From the NCBI GenBank assembly GCA_041651415.1, contig JBAZJH010000001.1, positions 11,374-75,373 on the forward strand: DNA of 64,000 bases, in the 5' to 3' direction. The notes beneath the pieces were generated by a model that saw only the letters and a list, made by a program, of their open reading frames with translations, was not told where the DNA came from and did no database searches. The position numbers and the translations under genes are program-made. This stretch comes from Minisyncoccota bacterium. Its GTDB lineage: Bacteria; Patescibacteriota; Minisyncoccia; UBA6257; XYB1-36-10. Positions 9,919-20,827 of this stretch are shown piece by piece (position 1 is the stretch's first letter; each line of letters begins with the position of its first letter).

Positions 9919-10422
9919 ATGGGAGATTATACGACTTTGGCTTTGGTTTTGGATAAAGAGATTGTTGGCGAAAGCGACAGCGAGGTGCATTTTTTTACGG
10001 AAAAACTGGGAAGAGTGACGGCAAGAGCGATAGGGGCGAGAAAAATTTTATCCAAGCTAGCGGCTCATCTTGAACCGAATTCCGTTTCTTTTATCAGATT
10101 AGTGGAGAAAAAAGGATTTTTAGTGACGGACGCCATAAAAGAAAAGAATCTAAATTTTTCTTTTAAAGAACTCTTAGTTTTAAAAAACGGAACAGCGGAG
10201 TTTGAGAAAGACCAATTTTTGTGGGAAAAAATAAATGAAGGGAAATTTAGCGTAAATGAGATGTTAAAACATTTCGGTTTTAATCCGAAGTTTTCCGCTT
10301 GTTCTTTTTGCGGAGAAGAAAAACCGGATTTTTTTTATTTAAAAATACACGAGTATGTCTGCGGAAGATGCGTTTTTAATTTGGGAATTTTAGGAGAAGA
10401 GATGGTAAATATAGAAAATTAA
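9919..10422 (+). CDS. recO: Short RecO-like DNA repair protein
   Basis: N-terminal OB-fold-like GESDSEVHFFTEKLGRVTARAIGARK and a C-terminal CxxC...CxxC zinc motif (CSFCGEE...CGRC). 167 aa is short for RecO. Confidence 0.45.
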   Translation: MGDYTTLALVLDKEIVGESDSEVHFFTEKLGRVTARAIGARKILSKLAAHLEPNSVSFIRLVEKKGFLVTDAIKEKNLNFSFKELLVLKNGTAEFEKDQFLWEKINEGKFSVNEMLKHFGFNPKFSACSFCGEEKPDFFYLKIHEYVCGRCVFNLGILGEEMVNIEN

Positions 10423-10784
10423 GAATTTCCAATTAGCTTGTCAAACCTGCTTTATGACACTATGGCCGGAGCAAGAAGAAAAAAATCCAATTTTCCGCTT
10501 TTGTAAAAATAACATAATATTGTAATTCCATGCCTTGCGGCAGGCAGGCTTCGACAAGCTCAGGAATTAAATATTGTAGCCCTTCGACTGCGCTTCGTTC
10601 CGCTTCTCGACGCTATGGTCGGGGCAAGTAGGGAATAAAATGAATTTGGATTCTCGATCGAGTCGGGAATAACAGCGGATTGGACTTTAGTTTTGCCGAG
10701 GCGAGGCAAATAGGAACGATGGAATATAATAAGTTAAAGTTGCTTTAAAAAAGCAGGAAAATGAGGTAGAATAAGAATATAAAT

Positions 10785-12674
10785 ATGAGTTTGGAAAGCT
10801 TGGAGAAAAAACTTTATAAAAGAGAAAACGGAACAACAAAGAAAGAAAAAGGAGATTTTAAGAGAGGAAAAACGGAAAAAAGGGAATTGGGATGGAAAAA
10901 TAATCTTCCGGAAAATAGCGCTAAAGGCGGAAACTTTTTTTTAAATTGGAAAAGGAATCTGTTTTTGGCAGTTTTTTCTTTTTTTCTGATATCGTTGGCA
11001 ATCGGGGGATATTATCTCTTTCAAGCTTTTTATAGCGAAGGGATAGAGGTTCTTTTGGAAACGCCGGAAGGAGAGATTTATTTTGGCGTTCCTTTTAAAG
11101 TGGAAGCGGCGATTCACAATTCTTCGGGGAAGACTTTAGAAAATGTTTCTGTGGCGCTTTCTTTGCCGGAAGGATTTTCTTTCACGAGAGAAGAAAAAGG
11201 ACAAAAAGTGATAACGAAGACACTGGGGACGGTGGGAAATGAAAGTTTAAACAAGGAAGAATTTGAAATAGTGGCGACGGCGTCAACGGAAGGGACAAAG
11301 AGAGTAGAAGCGACTGTGTCTTATGGAATGGGCGGAGGCTCCGATTCTCGCTATGAAGAAAAAGGATATAAAGACATAAATATTGAAAATCCTTTAGTTT
11401 TTGCCGATATTAAGATTCCGGAGAAAGTTTACAGCGGAGAAAATTTTGAAATGGAAATTTCTTATCGCAATTTAATGCCAAAGCCGGCGGAAGGAGTTTC
11501 AATAGAAATTGAATATCCGAAAGAATTCAGATTCATTTCCAGCAAAGATAAAAAATCAAGCGACGGAGCGGGAAGACTATTTGAGTTTGATTCCATTCCT
11601 CAAGAAGAAGAAGGGAAAATAATCATTACGGGCAGCGTTTCCGGTCCCGATGGGTCTTTTTTCGAAGTGAAAGCGGCAGTGAAAAGAGAAATTTACGGGG
11701 AAGATTACGAGGTTTTAAAAATTTCCAAAGGATTTTCGATAAATTCATCGCCGCTTTCGCTTTTAATTTATGCCAATGACAGCGAAGATTATATTGTCAA
11801 ACCGGGAGATGTTCTAAAATATGCTTTAACTTATAAAAACGATACGGGAACAGATTTGAGAGATGTGATTATTACGGCGGAAATTTCAGGAGCGATGTTT
11901 GACGTTCCAACTTTAAATAGCGTCGGATTTTTTAATTCCATAAACAACACAATAACCTGGAATGCTTCCAATAAAAGCGAGCTTAGTTTGGTTCCGGCAG
12001 GAGGAACGGGAGAAGCGGATTTTTCCATAAGAGTCAAAGATTTTTATCCGATATACAGGTTAAGCGACAAAAATTTTGTTTTAAAGGTAAAGGGGAAAAT
12101 TGAATCGCCAACAGTGCCGGAAGGAGTGGGGGCCGACAAAACGACAGCGATGGCGGAAAACCAGGTGAAAGTGAGAGGGAAAATCGGCGTGGAATCGAAA
12201 GTTTTATTAAGGGATTCGATGAGCGGAGTGGTAAACGAGGGGGCTTGGCCGCCGAAAGTGGACGAAGGAACGGAATTTACAGTGCATTGGATTTTGACCA
12301 ATTACGCGACTGACGTGAAAGATGTTTCAATTAAATCGTTTTTAAATCCGGGAGTGAAATGGAAAGGCAACATAAAAGGAAACGCGACAACATTGCCGGA
12401 ATATAATGAAAGGACGCAGGAAATTGTTTGGAATGTGGGAGATGTGGCGGCGACAAAAGGCGTGATAGGAAGCCCGATTGAGGCGGTTTTCCAAATTGAA
12501 GCGACGCCGTCTATTTTATCTCTTCAAAATTATGTGCCGCTAGTTGGAAAAACAGAAGCGGAAGCGGAAGACGGTTTTACGGGGATTTCCTTGACGGCGG
12601 AAGACGAAGGGGCTACAACAAGATTGGCGGATGACCCGATGATAAAAGAAGGGGAAGGGAGAGTGATAAAATAA
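10785..12674 (+). CDS. Large membrane-anchored beta-rich surface protein, hypothetical
   Basis: N-terminal TM anchor (LFLAVFSFFLISLAIGGYYLF) followed by ~550 aa of repeated beta-strand-like modules. No catalytic motif recognised. Confidence 0.4.
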   Translation: MSLESLEKKLYKRENGTTKKEKGDFKRGKTEKRELGWKNNLPENSAKGGNFFLNWKRNLFLAVFSFFLISLAIGGYYLFQAFYSEGIEVLLETPEGEIYFGVPFKVEAAIHNSSGKTLENVSVALSLPEGFSFTREEKGQKVITKTLGTVGNESLNKEEFEIVATASTEGTKRVEATVSYGMGGGSDSRYEEKGYKDINIENPLVFADIKIPEKVYSGENFEMEISYRNLMPKPAEGVSIEIEYPKEFRFISSKDKKSSDGAGRLFEFDSIPQEEEGKIIITGSVSGPDGSFFEVKAAVKREIYGEDYEVLKISKGFSINSSPLSLLIYANDSEDYIVKPGDVLKYALTYKNDTGTDLRDVIITAEISGAMFDVPTLNSVGFFNSINNTITWNASNKSELSLVPAGGTGEADFSIRVKDFYPIYRLSDKNFVLKVKGKIESPTVPEGVGADKTTAMAENQVKVRGKIGVESKVLLRDSMSGVVNEGAWPPKVDEGTEFTVHWILTNYATDVKDVSIKSFLNPGVKWKGNIKGNATTLPEYNERTQEIVWNVGDVAATKGVIGSPIEAVFQIEATPSILSLQNYVPLVGKTEAEAEDGFTGISLTAEDEGATTRLADDPMIKEGEGRVIK

Positions 12675-12699
12675 AGAGTTAAAAGTTTATAAAGTAAAA

Positions 12700-14052
12700 A
12701 TGATAAAAGAAAAAAAACAGGAAAGCGAAAATAAGATGGAGAAGATAACGGCTTTGGCAAAAAAGCGGGGATTTGTTTTTGCGGGGTCGGAAATCTACGG
12801 AGGAATGGCAAATTCCTGGGATTACGGACCGCTGGGGGTAGAGCTTAAAAACAATATCAAAGCGAGATGGTGGAATAAGTTCGTGAGAAGAAGGGCGGAT
12901 ATGGTTGGCATTGAGACGGCGCTAATTATGAACACGAAAGTTTGGGAGGCGTCGGGGCATTTGAGAGAATTTTCAGACCCGCTCGTTGATTGCAAGGATT
13001 GCAAGGAAAGATTCAGAGCGGATGAAATGGAAGGAAAATGTCCGGCTTGCGGAAGCAAAAATCATACGGAAGCGAGAAATTTCAATTTAATGTTTAAGAC
13101 ATTTATCGGGCCGGTTGATGATGGAACTAACACGGCGTATTTCAGGCCGGAGACGGCGCAGGGAATGTTTGTTAATTTTAAAAATATATCCGAAACCACA
13201 AGAAAAAAAATTCCTTTCGGGATAGCGCAAATCGGCAAGGCATTCAGAAACGAGATAACGCCGGGCAATTTTATTTTTCGGACGCGCGAATTCGAGCAAA
13301 TGGAAATTGAATATTTTATAGACAAACCGAAAACAAAAGCAAATTGGGAAAAGTTTTTTGAAATGTGGAGAAAGGAGATGATTGATTGGATGGAAGAACT
13401 CGGCGTAAACACAAAAGAAGAAATTACGGAGTTTGAAGTGCCGAAAGAGGAGAGAGCGCATTATTCGGAAAGAACGATTGATTTTATGTATAAATTTCCG
13501 TTTGGCGAAAAAGAGCTTTATGGGCTGGCTTATCGGACGGATTTTGATTTAAGAAATCATTCCGAGGCGAGCGGAGAAGATTTATCTTATCGAGACGAGA
13601 AAGAAAACAAGTTTATTCCGCATGTGATTGAACCGACTTTTGGGGTGGAACGTTCGGTGCTCGCGGCATTGTGTTCGGCTTATACGGAAGAATTGGCGAA
13701 GACGGCGGATGAAGGAGTGGAAACAAGAGTGGTGCTGAAATTTCCGAAGTGGCTTGCGCCGATTAAAGCGGCGGTTTTGCCTTTATCAAAAAAAGAAGAA
13801 TTGGCAGAGCCGGCGAGAAAAGTTTATGAAGGATTACTGGAAGTGGGGATTGCGGCGGAATATGACGAGACGCAGAGTATCGGCAAACGTTATCGTCGGC
13901 AAGATGAAATCGGAACGCCATATTGCATTACTTTTGATTTTGAAAGCTTAAAAGACAAGGCGGTGACGGCGCGGGACAGAGACACAATGAAGCAGGAGAG
14001 GGTAGAGATAAAAAAGTTGGTGGAATATTTGAAAGATAAGTTGGAGGAGTAA
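12700..14052 (+). CDS. glyQS: Glycyl-tRNA synthetase, alpha2 (archaeal/eukaryote-like) type
   Basis: FVFAGSEIYGG..WDYGPLG, FRPETAQGMFVNF, GIAQIGKAFRNEITP, FEQMEIEYF, and a zinc-knuckle CKDCKERF...CPACG. Confidence 0.85.
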   Translation: MIKEKKQESENKMEKITALAKKRGFVFAGSEIYGGMANSWDYGPLGVELKNNIKARWWNKFVRRRADMVGIETALIMNTKVWEASGHLREFSDPLVDCKDCKERFRADEMEGKCPACGSKNHTEARNFNLMFKTFIGPVDDGTNTAYFRPETAQGMFVNFKNISETTRKKIPFGIAQIGKAFRNEITPGNFIFRTREFEQMEIEYFIDKPKTKANWEKFFEMWRKEMIDWMEELGVNTKEEITEFEVPKEERAHYSERTIDFMYKFPFGEKELYGLAYRTDFDLRNHSEASGEDLSYRDEKENKFIPHVIEPTFGVERSVLAALCSAYTEELAKTADEGVETRVVLKFPKWLAPIKAAVLPLSKKEELAEPARKVYEGLLEVGIAAEYDETQSIGKRYRRQDEIGTPYCITFDFESLKDKAVTARDRDTMKQERVEIKKLVEYLKDKLEE

Positions 14053-14080
14053 GTAGTCATAAATGTATTTTAGAATAAGC

Positions 14081-14266
14081 CAAAAACAATCCTTCAAAAC
14101 AGGGCTAATCACCAATCGTTTTTCAGGAATGTTTTTGGTGAAAAAAGAGCATAAACAATCTCTCAAAATGGGGCTAATCGCCAGCCCGCCAAAGGCGGAT
14201 AAATTTTCTTCGAGAATGTTTATGCTCTTTAATATTTAAAAAGGGAGAGGAAGGGTGATAATAATG
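14081..14266 (+). repeat. Repeat family A, copies 2a+2b (two tandem hairpins with the GGGCTAATC loop, then the GAGG..GTGATAA box)
   Basis: ccaaaaacaat..acagggctaatcaccaatcg..tgtttttgg; gagcataaacaat..atggggctaatcgccagcccgccaaaggcgg..aatgtttatgctc; gggagaggaagggtgataataatg. Confidence 0.6.
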
Positions 14267-14421
14267 TATTTTACTTCGTAAAAGTTTTTTTAAAAAAAGA
14301 GAAAGAGGCGTAACAGAGATAATATTAAGAAGGGTTTTGGGGTTGCGAGAAAAATAGTTTTATAGTATGGTTTGAAACAGATTCAGATTTGAAAATTGAA
14401 TAAAGAAAAAGGAGAGAAGAG

Positions 14422-15060
14422 ATGTTTAAAACTCTTAGCGTGCCAGAAGAGGAGCTGATTTCTTCCGCAATTGGGTATTTTAGCCTTGAAGTTATGGATT
14501 CAGGACATCTTTATAAATTTTTTTTCCCGAGACATATTGAACTTGTAGGGAAAATGGCGGAAAAAATTCTTTATGAGGGGAAAGAATATGGTTATTTTAA
14601 AAATGTTAATGAATTTTATTTAAGATTAGCAGTTGCTTTACATGATATTGGGCATGTAAAGAATGACAGAGGGTATGAAGATCATGCTGTTGCGTCCGAA
14701 TATGCAGCGAGGAAGTTTTTAGAGAGAAAATGGGATGTTGATATTGATAGTGGAGATATTAATAAAGTGTGTCAGGCGATTCGTTCTCATCGGAACAGCG
14801 ATGTTAAACCGCAAACGGATGAAGCGAGGATACTTGTGGCGGCAGATTCGGCAAGTCATCTAGTGGATGTTTGCTATGTGGATATGCTTCAAAGGTTTAG
14901 CTTAAGAGAAATAAAGGAAAAATTGGAAAGAGATTTGCTGGATTTGGAAGTTGTCCGAAGGGAGATAACAGGAACTTCTTTTTGGCGGCAATTAATAGGA
15001 CTTGGAGAAAGTTGGGGCAAGATACTAGACAACTGGCCGGAATTTCTTCTGGAAGGATGA
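14422..15060 (+). CDS. HD-domain phosphohydrolase
   Basis: LAVALHDIGHV...DH motif. SD aaaggagag upstream. Confidence 0.6.
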   Translation: MFKTLSVPEEELISSAIGYFSLEVMDSGHLYKFFFPRHIELVGKMAEKILYEGKEYGYFKNVNEFYLRLAVALHDIGHVKNDRGYEDHAVASEYAARKFLERKWDVDIDSGDINKVCQAIRSHRNSDVKPQTDEARILVAADSASHLVDVCYVDMLQRFSLREIKEKLERDLLDLEVVRREITGTSFWRQLIGLGESWGKILDNWPEFLLEG

Positions 15061-15267
15061 TTTTTAAAAGAATTTTAAAGCTCGCTTTTATGGCGAGCTT
15101 TGTTTTTTTAAAAAATAAAAGTTATAATTTGAGAAATTAAAAAAGCAAAGGAAACTCCGACGCGTCGAAAACGGTCGGAGTGAAGTTAGAAATTTTATTA
15201 GAGTGATCCCGACGTAAAGTCGGGATGCTCAAATTTTTAGATAAATTAAAATTTATAAAAATTTGGC

Positions 15268-16539
15268 ATGTATAAAAGAATTGTTTTAGATAACGGGCTT
15301 AGGATAATTTTAGCGCCGAAGGCGGAAAGCCAAGCGGTGACGGTTCTCGTATTAGTGGAAGCGGGAAGCAAATATGAAACAAAAGAAATAAACGGACTGT
15401 CGCATTTTTTGGAACATATGTGTTTTAAAGGAACAGAGAAGCGGCCGAAAGCAATTGATATATCCCAAGAGCTTGACGCGATTGGGGCGGAATATAACGC
15501 TTTTACCGGACAGGAATATACCGGATATTACGCCAAGGTGGAAAAAAAGCACGTGGAGAAAATCTTGGAAGTGGTGTCGGATATCTATTTAAATTCCACT
15601 TTTCCGGAAAAAGAAATAGAAAAGGAAAGAGGAGTGATAATTGAGGAAATAAACATGTATGAAGATTTACCAATGAGAAGAGTGGGGGAACTTTTTACAA
15701 CTTTGCTTTATGGCGACCAGCCGGCCGGCTGGGACATTGCCGGAAGAAAAGAAGTGATAAAAGTTTTAAAGCGGGATGATTTTATCAATTATCGGGAAAA
15801 ACATTACGTGGCAAAAGGGACAGCAGTCATAATTGCCGGCAACTTCAACGAGGAGGAAATCGTTTCAAGAGTAAAAGAAAAGTTTTCTTCCGTATCTTTA
15901 GATAAAAAAGGAGGAAAAGAAAAAACAACAGAGGAACAAAAGGAACCAAAGGCAATGGTTTATAATAAGAAATCAGACCAGACTCATTTGATAGTCGGGG
16001 TGAGAGCTTTTTCTATTTTTGACGAGAGACGAAAGGCGCTCTCGGTAATTTCAGAAGTTCTGGGAGGAGGGATGAGTTCGCGGCTTTTTCAAAAAGTGAG
16101 AGATGAGCTGGGAGCGGCTTATTATGTGAGAGCGGAAGCGGATTTGTTCACCGACCACGGATATTTTGGAGTGGCGGCGGGAATTGACAATAAAAGAATA
16201 AAGGAAGTAACGGAGGCGATTTTGGGAGAATTTAGAAAACTAAAAGAAGAGGAAGTGCCGGAAACGGAATTGAATAAAGTAAGAGACAGAATTTCCGGAA
16301 AGCAGGCGATTTCTCTTGAAACTTCAGATGATTTGGCGGAATTTTTCGGAATTCAGGAAGTTTTACAAAAGGAAATAGAAACACCGGAGGAGATGGTGGA
16401 GGAAATAAGAAAAGTGGGGCAAAAAGAAATAAAGGAATTAGCCAATGAAATTTTTAAAGAGGAAAATTTGAACATGGCGCTGATCGGGCCATTTGAAAAA
16501 GATTTTGAAGAAGAAATAAAAGGAGTGTTAAAATTATAA
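15268..16539 (+). CDS. M16-family (pitrilysin/insulinase-like) zinc peptidase
   Basis: Inverted zinc motif HFLEHMCFKGT plus downstream E residues. ~420 aa, two-lobed architecture. Confidence 0.7.
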   Translation: MYKRIVLDNGLRIILAPKAESQAVTVLVLVEAGSKYETKEINGLSHFLEHMCFKGTEKRPKAIDISQELDAIGAEYNAFTGQEYTGYYAKVEKKHVEKILEVVSDIYLNSTFPEKEIEKERGVIIEEINMYEDLPMRRVGELFTTLLYGDQPAGWDIAGRKEVIKVLKRDDFINYREKHYVAKGTAVIIAGNFNEEEIVSRVKEKFSSVSLDKKGGKEKTTEEQKEPKAMVYNKKSDQTHLIVGVRAFSIFDERRKALSVISEVLGGGMSSRLFQKVRDELGAAYYVRAEADLFTDHGYFGVAAGIDNKRIKEVTEAILGEFRKLKEEEVPETELNKVRDRISGKQAISLETSDDLAEFFGIQEVLQKEIETPEEMVEEIRKVGQKEIKELANEIFKEENLNMALIGPFEKDFEEEIKGVLKL

Positions 16540-16703
16540 AAGAAGAGAAAAAGCAGACCGCTCGCTGGCGCTCTTAAAAGTTGTTGCTGACTGCCAGTAA
16601 AAATTTTTTAGAAAAAGAAAAATAGATTATAATTTAGAGAAGAACGAGAGAAGGCGGAAAGGAATAAAGTTAAAGGAAAAGTTGTATAAAATAAAAAGGA
16701 ATA

Positions 16704-17738
16704 ATGGAAAGAATATTACATGAAATAAGCTGGGGAAGCTTGTGGAAGGTTCTGGTGATTTTAGCCGTGGGAGCGGCCATTTTTGCGGTTAGAGACGTTT
16801 TGGTGAATATTTTTCTAGCGCTGGTTATTTCAACCGGTTTAAATCCTTTTGTGGATTTTTTTGAAGGCAAGGGAGTGCCGAGAATTTTAGGAGCGCTTTT
16901 CGTTTATATAATAATTTTTGTTTTTGTGGGACTGGTAATTTATGCGGTCTTGCCAATCGCTTATCTTGAGCTTGGCGGTTTAACGACGAATGTGATGGAT
17001 TTAACCGGAAATGTTTTTAATAATGTGGCTACTTCGGGAGATATTGTTTCAAATCTAAGCGATAAATTTGCGGAGATAGGAAAAAATTTTTTGCCGAGCG
17101 AGTTTTCGCTTTTGGGAGTTTTGTCGAGTTTATTCGGAGGAATTTCTTTTGTGGTGACGGCAATTATTATTTCTTTTTATCTTTCAGTAAGCCGAGACGG
17201 AGCGGAGTGGTTTTTACGGGCAATTATGCCGGAAAAATATGAGGATAGAATGGTTAATATTTTTCGCCGAGCAAAAAAAAGAATCGGGTTTTGGCTCCAA
17301 ACACAGGTGCTTTTAAGCATAGTGGTGGGAGTCCTGTGCTTTTTAGGATTATGGTTTATCGGAGTGAGACATGCTTTTATCTTGGGATTGACGGCGGGAG
17401 TTTTTGAAATCGTGCCGTTTGTCGGTCCGGTTTTTGCCGGCGGTATGGCAGTTTTGGTGGCGCTTTCCGATTCCTACATTTTAGCGGTTTATGCTTTGAT
17501 TGTTTTTCTGGTTATTCAGCAAGTAGAAAGTAATGTCTTGATTCCTTTATTTATGAAGAGAAGCGTGGGAATACATCCGGTCGTGGTGCTCGCGGCATTT
17601 ATGATCGGTTTAAAGCTTTTGGGATTTATAGGAATAATACTCGCGGTGCCGACGGCGGTTATTTTGCAGGAAGCGCTTGACGATTGGATTTCCGTTAAAG
17701 ACCACAGGAAAGCAATGAGGAGTGATTTGTTTTCTTAA
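16704..17738 (+). CDS. AI-2E family transporter (PerM/UPF0118 permease)
   Basis: Multiple TM segments. C-terminal signature ...VFLVIQQVESNVLIPLFMKRSVGIHPVVVL...ILAVPTAVIL. Confidence 0.7.
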   Translation: MERILHEISWGSLWKVLVILAVGAAIFAVRDVLVNIFLALVISTGLNPFVDFFEGKGVPRILGALFVYIIIFVFVGLVIYAVLPIAYLELGGLTTNVMDLTGNVFNNVATSGDIVSNLSDKFAEIGKNFLPSEFSLLGVLSSLFGGISFVVTAIIISFYLSVSRDGAEWFLRAIMPEKYEDRMVNIFRRAKKRIGFWLQTQVLLSIVVGVLCFLGLWFIGVRHAFILGLTAGVFEIVPFVGPVFAGGMAVLVALSDSYILAVYALIVFLVIQQVESNVLIPLFMKRSVGIHPVVVLAAFMIGLKLLGFIGIILAVPTAVILQEALDDWISVKDHRKAMRSDLFS

Positions 17739-17791
17739 ATTATTTTTTTACTTTTGATTTTTGAGAGTGTTTTTTAGTAAGAAAGCAAAAC

Positions 17792-17905
17792 AAAAATAGC
17801 TTTGAAAAACAGGGCTAATCGCCATCATTTTTCAAAGCTATTTTTGTTTCAGTTTAAACTTTTTAATTTAATAATTTAAGAAAAGGTGAGGAGAGGTGAT
17901 TGATG
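17792..17905 (+). repeat. Repeat family A, copy 3 (perfect 18-bp stem, conserved loop, U-tract, GAGG..GTGAT box) upstream of metG
   Basis: caaaaatagctttgaaaa / ttttcaaagctatttttg. Loop acagggctaatcgccatca. Then aaaaggtgaggagaggtgattgatg. Confidence 0.6.
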
Positions 17906-17995
17906 TAGCTCCGACTTTATGTCGGAGCTTTTAAAATTAGGGCTTTTCAATTTAAATTTGGCAAAAGGAAGTTTTTTGAGTATGATGGATTTATT

Positions 17996-19435
17996 ATGGA
18001 AGAAAAGAAAAGGGTTTTTATATCAACAGCGATTCCTTATGTAAATGCCAAGCCGCATATCGGTTTTGCTTTGGAACTTGTTCAAGCCGATACTTATGCG
18101 AGATTTAAGAGGAGCGAAGGGGCGGATGTTTTCTTTTTAACGGGAACGGATGAAAACAGCTTAAAAAATGTGCAGGCGGCGGAGGAAGCGGGAAAAGAAA
18201 CTTCTGTTTTTGTGGAAAAAAATGCCAAGTTTTTTGAAAAATTGGTGCAAGATTTGAGTATATCCAATGACGATTTTATAAGAACTTCGGTGGAGGAAAG
18301 GCATAAAAGGGGAGCGGAGAAATTATGGAAAGCGTGCCAGCATGATATTTATAAAAAAAAATATAAAGGTTTTTATTGCGTGGGATGCGAGGAATTTAAA
18401 ACAGAAAAAGATTTGAACGAGAAGGGCAGGTGCCCGGAACATCCAAATAAAGACATAGAAATAGTGGAGGAAGAGAATTATTTTTTTAAACTTTCCAATT
18501 ATCAGGAAAAATTAAAGGAAGCAATAGAGACAGGGAAAATTCAGATAATTCCGGAAAAAAGAAAAAACGAAATGCTTTCTTTTATTAAAACAGGATTGGA
18601 AGATTTCAGCATTTCAAGAAGCAAAGAAAGGGCTAAGGGATGGGGGATTTCTGTTCCGAAAGATGAAAACCAAGTGATGTATGTTTGGTTTGATGCTTTA
18701 ACTAATTACATAACGGCTTTAGATTATGCCAATAAAGGGGAAAAATTCAAAGAGTATTGGGAAGGGGCGGAAGAAATAATTCATATAATCGGAAAAGGAA
18801 TAAACAGATTCCATACGATTTATTGGCCGGCAGTGCTATTATCGGCAGGGGAAAGAATGCCAAATAAAGTTTTTGCGCATGGGTATGTGACGGCAGGAGG
18901 GCAAAAGATGTCAAAGTCGCTCGGAAATGTTATTGACCCGTTTTCTTTAATAGAAAAATATGGAGCGGAGGCGGTTCGTTATTATCTGCTTAGAGAAATA
19001 CCGGCTTATGAAGACGGCGATTTTTCCATTGAAAAATTTGAAGCGAGATATAACGGAGATTTGGCAAACGGATTGGGAAATTTTGCTTCCCGAGTGTTGA
19101 AACTTTATTCCGAATACGGAGGAGAAGAAACAGAAGCGCTGGTTGATTTAGAAAAAGTTGAAGAGATAAAAGAAAAAATAGGAGAATTCAAGTTTAACGA
19201 GGCGATAGCTCTAATTTTTGAAATGATAACGGTGGGTGATAAATATTTTAATGAAAAGAAGCCGTGGGAAACTAAAGACGAGTCAATAATAGGAGATACC
19301 GTTGGTTTACTTAAAAAAGTGGCGGAACTTTTAATCCCATTTTTGCCGGGGACGGCAGAAAAGATTTTGGGGAAGATAAAGAATAAAGAAGCAATAAAAG
19401 AACCGTTGTTTCCGAGATTGGAAAAATTTAAATAG
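17996..19435 (+). CDS. metG: Methionyl-tRNA synthetase, short form without the C-terminal tRNA-binding domain
   Basis: Class I HIGH-like PYVNAKPHIGFA, KMSKS (GGQKMSKSLGNVIDP), zinc knuckle CVGCEEF...CPEHP. 479 aa. Confidence 0.75.
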   Translation: MEEKKRVFISTAIPYVNAKPHIGFALELVQADTYARFKRSEGADVFFLTGTDENSLKNVQAAEEAGKETSVFVEKNAKFFEKLVQDLSISNDDFIRTSVEERHKRGAEKLWKACQHDIYKKKYKGFYCVGCEEFKTEKDLNEKGRCPEHPNKDIEIVEEENYFFKLSNYQEKLKEAIETGKIQIIPEKRKNEMLSFIKTGLEDFSISRSKERAKGWGISVPKDENQVMYVWFDALTNYITALDYANKGEKFKEYWEGAEEIIHIIGKGINRFHTIYWPAVLLSAGERMPNKVFAHGYVTAGGQKMSKSLGNVIDPFSLIEKYGAEAVRYYLLREIPAYEDGDFSIEKFEARYNGDLANGLGNFASRVLKLYSEYGGEETEALVDLEKVEEIKEKIGEFKFNEAIALIFEMITVGDKYFNEKKPWETKDESIIGDTVGLLKKVAELLIPFLPGTAEKILGKIKNKEAIKEPLFPRLEKFK

Positions 19436-19463
19436 ATTCCCGCCTTCGCGGGAATGACAAGAA

Positions 19464-20276
19464 ATGAAGAACTTTAAATTGATTGATTGCCATGCGCATG
19501 TAAATTCGGAATTTTCTAAGGAAAATTATCCTGAAGTTTTGAGGCGGGCGCTTGAGACGGGAATAGCGGTAGTAAATGTGGGAACCAATAAAAAAGATTC
19601 GGAAGAAAATGTAAAAATAGCGGAAAGCTTTAAGGAGGGAGTTTTTGCGACTGTCGGAATGCATCCGACCGAAGAAGAAAAAATAAACTATGATTTTTTT
19701 AGAAAACTAGCGGAGAATAAAAAAGTGGTGGCGGTCGGAGAATGCGGACTTGATTATTTCAGAGTCAAGGACGATGAATTCAAAATTAGAGAAATTGAAA
19801 GACAAAAAGATTTATTTAAAGAACAAATAAAATTAGCAAAAGAAGTTGGAAAGCCGCTAATGCTTCATTTGCGGACGGCGGAAGCATATCGCGATGCTCT
19901 GGAAATCCTTCGACAAGCTCAGGATTTAAAGATGCCGAAGATAATCTTTCATTTTTATTCGGGCGGAGAGGAGTTTTTAGAAAGAGCTTTGAAGTTAGAC
20001 GCTTATTTTACTTTCGGGGGAACTTTAACTTTTAAAATGAAAGGGGGAGAAAAAAATGAATATGAAGAAGTTATAAAAAAAGTTCCCAAAGACAGAATTC
20101 TACTCGAAACAGACGCGCCATTTGTGGCGCCGGAGCCGAATCGAGGAAAAAGAAACGAGCCGATAATGATTGTGGAGACGGCAAAGAAGGCGGCGGAAAT
20201 TTTAGAAATGGAATTGGAAGAGTTTTTAGAGATAGAAAAGAAAAATGCGGAAAATGTTTTTGGGGTAAAATTATAA
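19464..20276 (+). CDS. tatD: TatD-family metal-dependent hydrolase/DNase
   Basis: LIDCHAHVN...GMHP...GECGLDY...LHLR...ETDAPF, the TatD signature histidines and acidic residues. Confidence 0.8.
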   Translation: MKNFKLIDCHAHVNSEFSKENYPEVLRRALETGIAVVNVGTNKKDSEENVKIAESFKEGVFATVGMHPTEEEKINYDFFRKLAENKKVVAVGECGLDYFRVKDDEFKIREIERQKDLFKEQIKLAKEVGKPLMLHLRTAEAYRDALEILRQAQDLKMPKIIFHFYSGGEEFLERALKLDAYFTFGGTLTFKMKGGEKNEYEEVIKKVPKDRILLETDAPFVAPEPNRGKRNEPIMIVETAKKAAEILEMELEEFLEIEKKNAENVFGVKL

Positions 20277-20298
20277 TTAGTTAAGATTGCTTTAAAAG

Positions 20299-20434
20299 AA
20301 TAGTAGCTAAAAAAACAGGGCTAATCGCCATTCCGCCAAAGGCGGACAGGCATTTTTTTAGCTACTATTCTTTTTTTCAGAATTGTCGGAAGTTCTTATA
20401 ATTTTTCAGTGAGGAGATAGAGTGATAATAAGGT
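20299..20434 (+). repeat. Repeat family A, copy 4
   Basis: gaatagtagctaaaaaaa / tttttttagctactattc (18 bp). Loop cagggctaatcgccattccgccaaaggcggacaggca. U-tract. gtgaggagatagagtgataataagg. Confidence 0.6.
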
Positions 20435-20556
20435 AATTGCCTAGTCGGCAATTTTTATTAGAAAATAGTTTTTGGATAAATTTATAAAAAGAAAAAAATA
20501 GTAAAACTGACAGAACATAGTTTTAGGAGAGGGGGTAAAGGCGAGAATGTCACAAA

Positions 20557-20696
20557 GAGCTACCGGCAAATCTTCGAAAAAAGGGCTAATCGCCAACCTA
20601 CCTATCGGCAGGCAGGAATTTTCTCAGAATTGCCGGTAGCTCTTGTTTTTTGTTCTGAATCTTAACTTTTTAGAGGGGGTGAAGGTGATAATGAGG
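20557..20696 (+). repeat. Repeat family A, copy 5
   Basis: gagctaccggcaa..aagggctaatcgccaacctacctatcggcaggcagg..ttgccggtagctc, then ttgttttttg, then gagggggtgaaggtgataatgagg. Confidence 0.6.
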
Positions 20697-20827
20697 TAGT
20701 TTTCTGCGAAAACTTATGTTTTTGAAGAGAAAACATGGTTAAAATAGGAGGTGTTTTTTGAATGTTTTTTAATGGTTAAAAAATAAGTATTTTAAAAAAA
20801 CCGCTTATTTAAGCGGTTTTTTGGCTG

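Noticed and set aside
12822-13461. Minus-strand ORFs of 78, 116 and 124 aa
   Set aside because: They are antisense within glyQS, whose identity is unambiguous.
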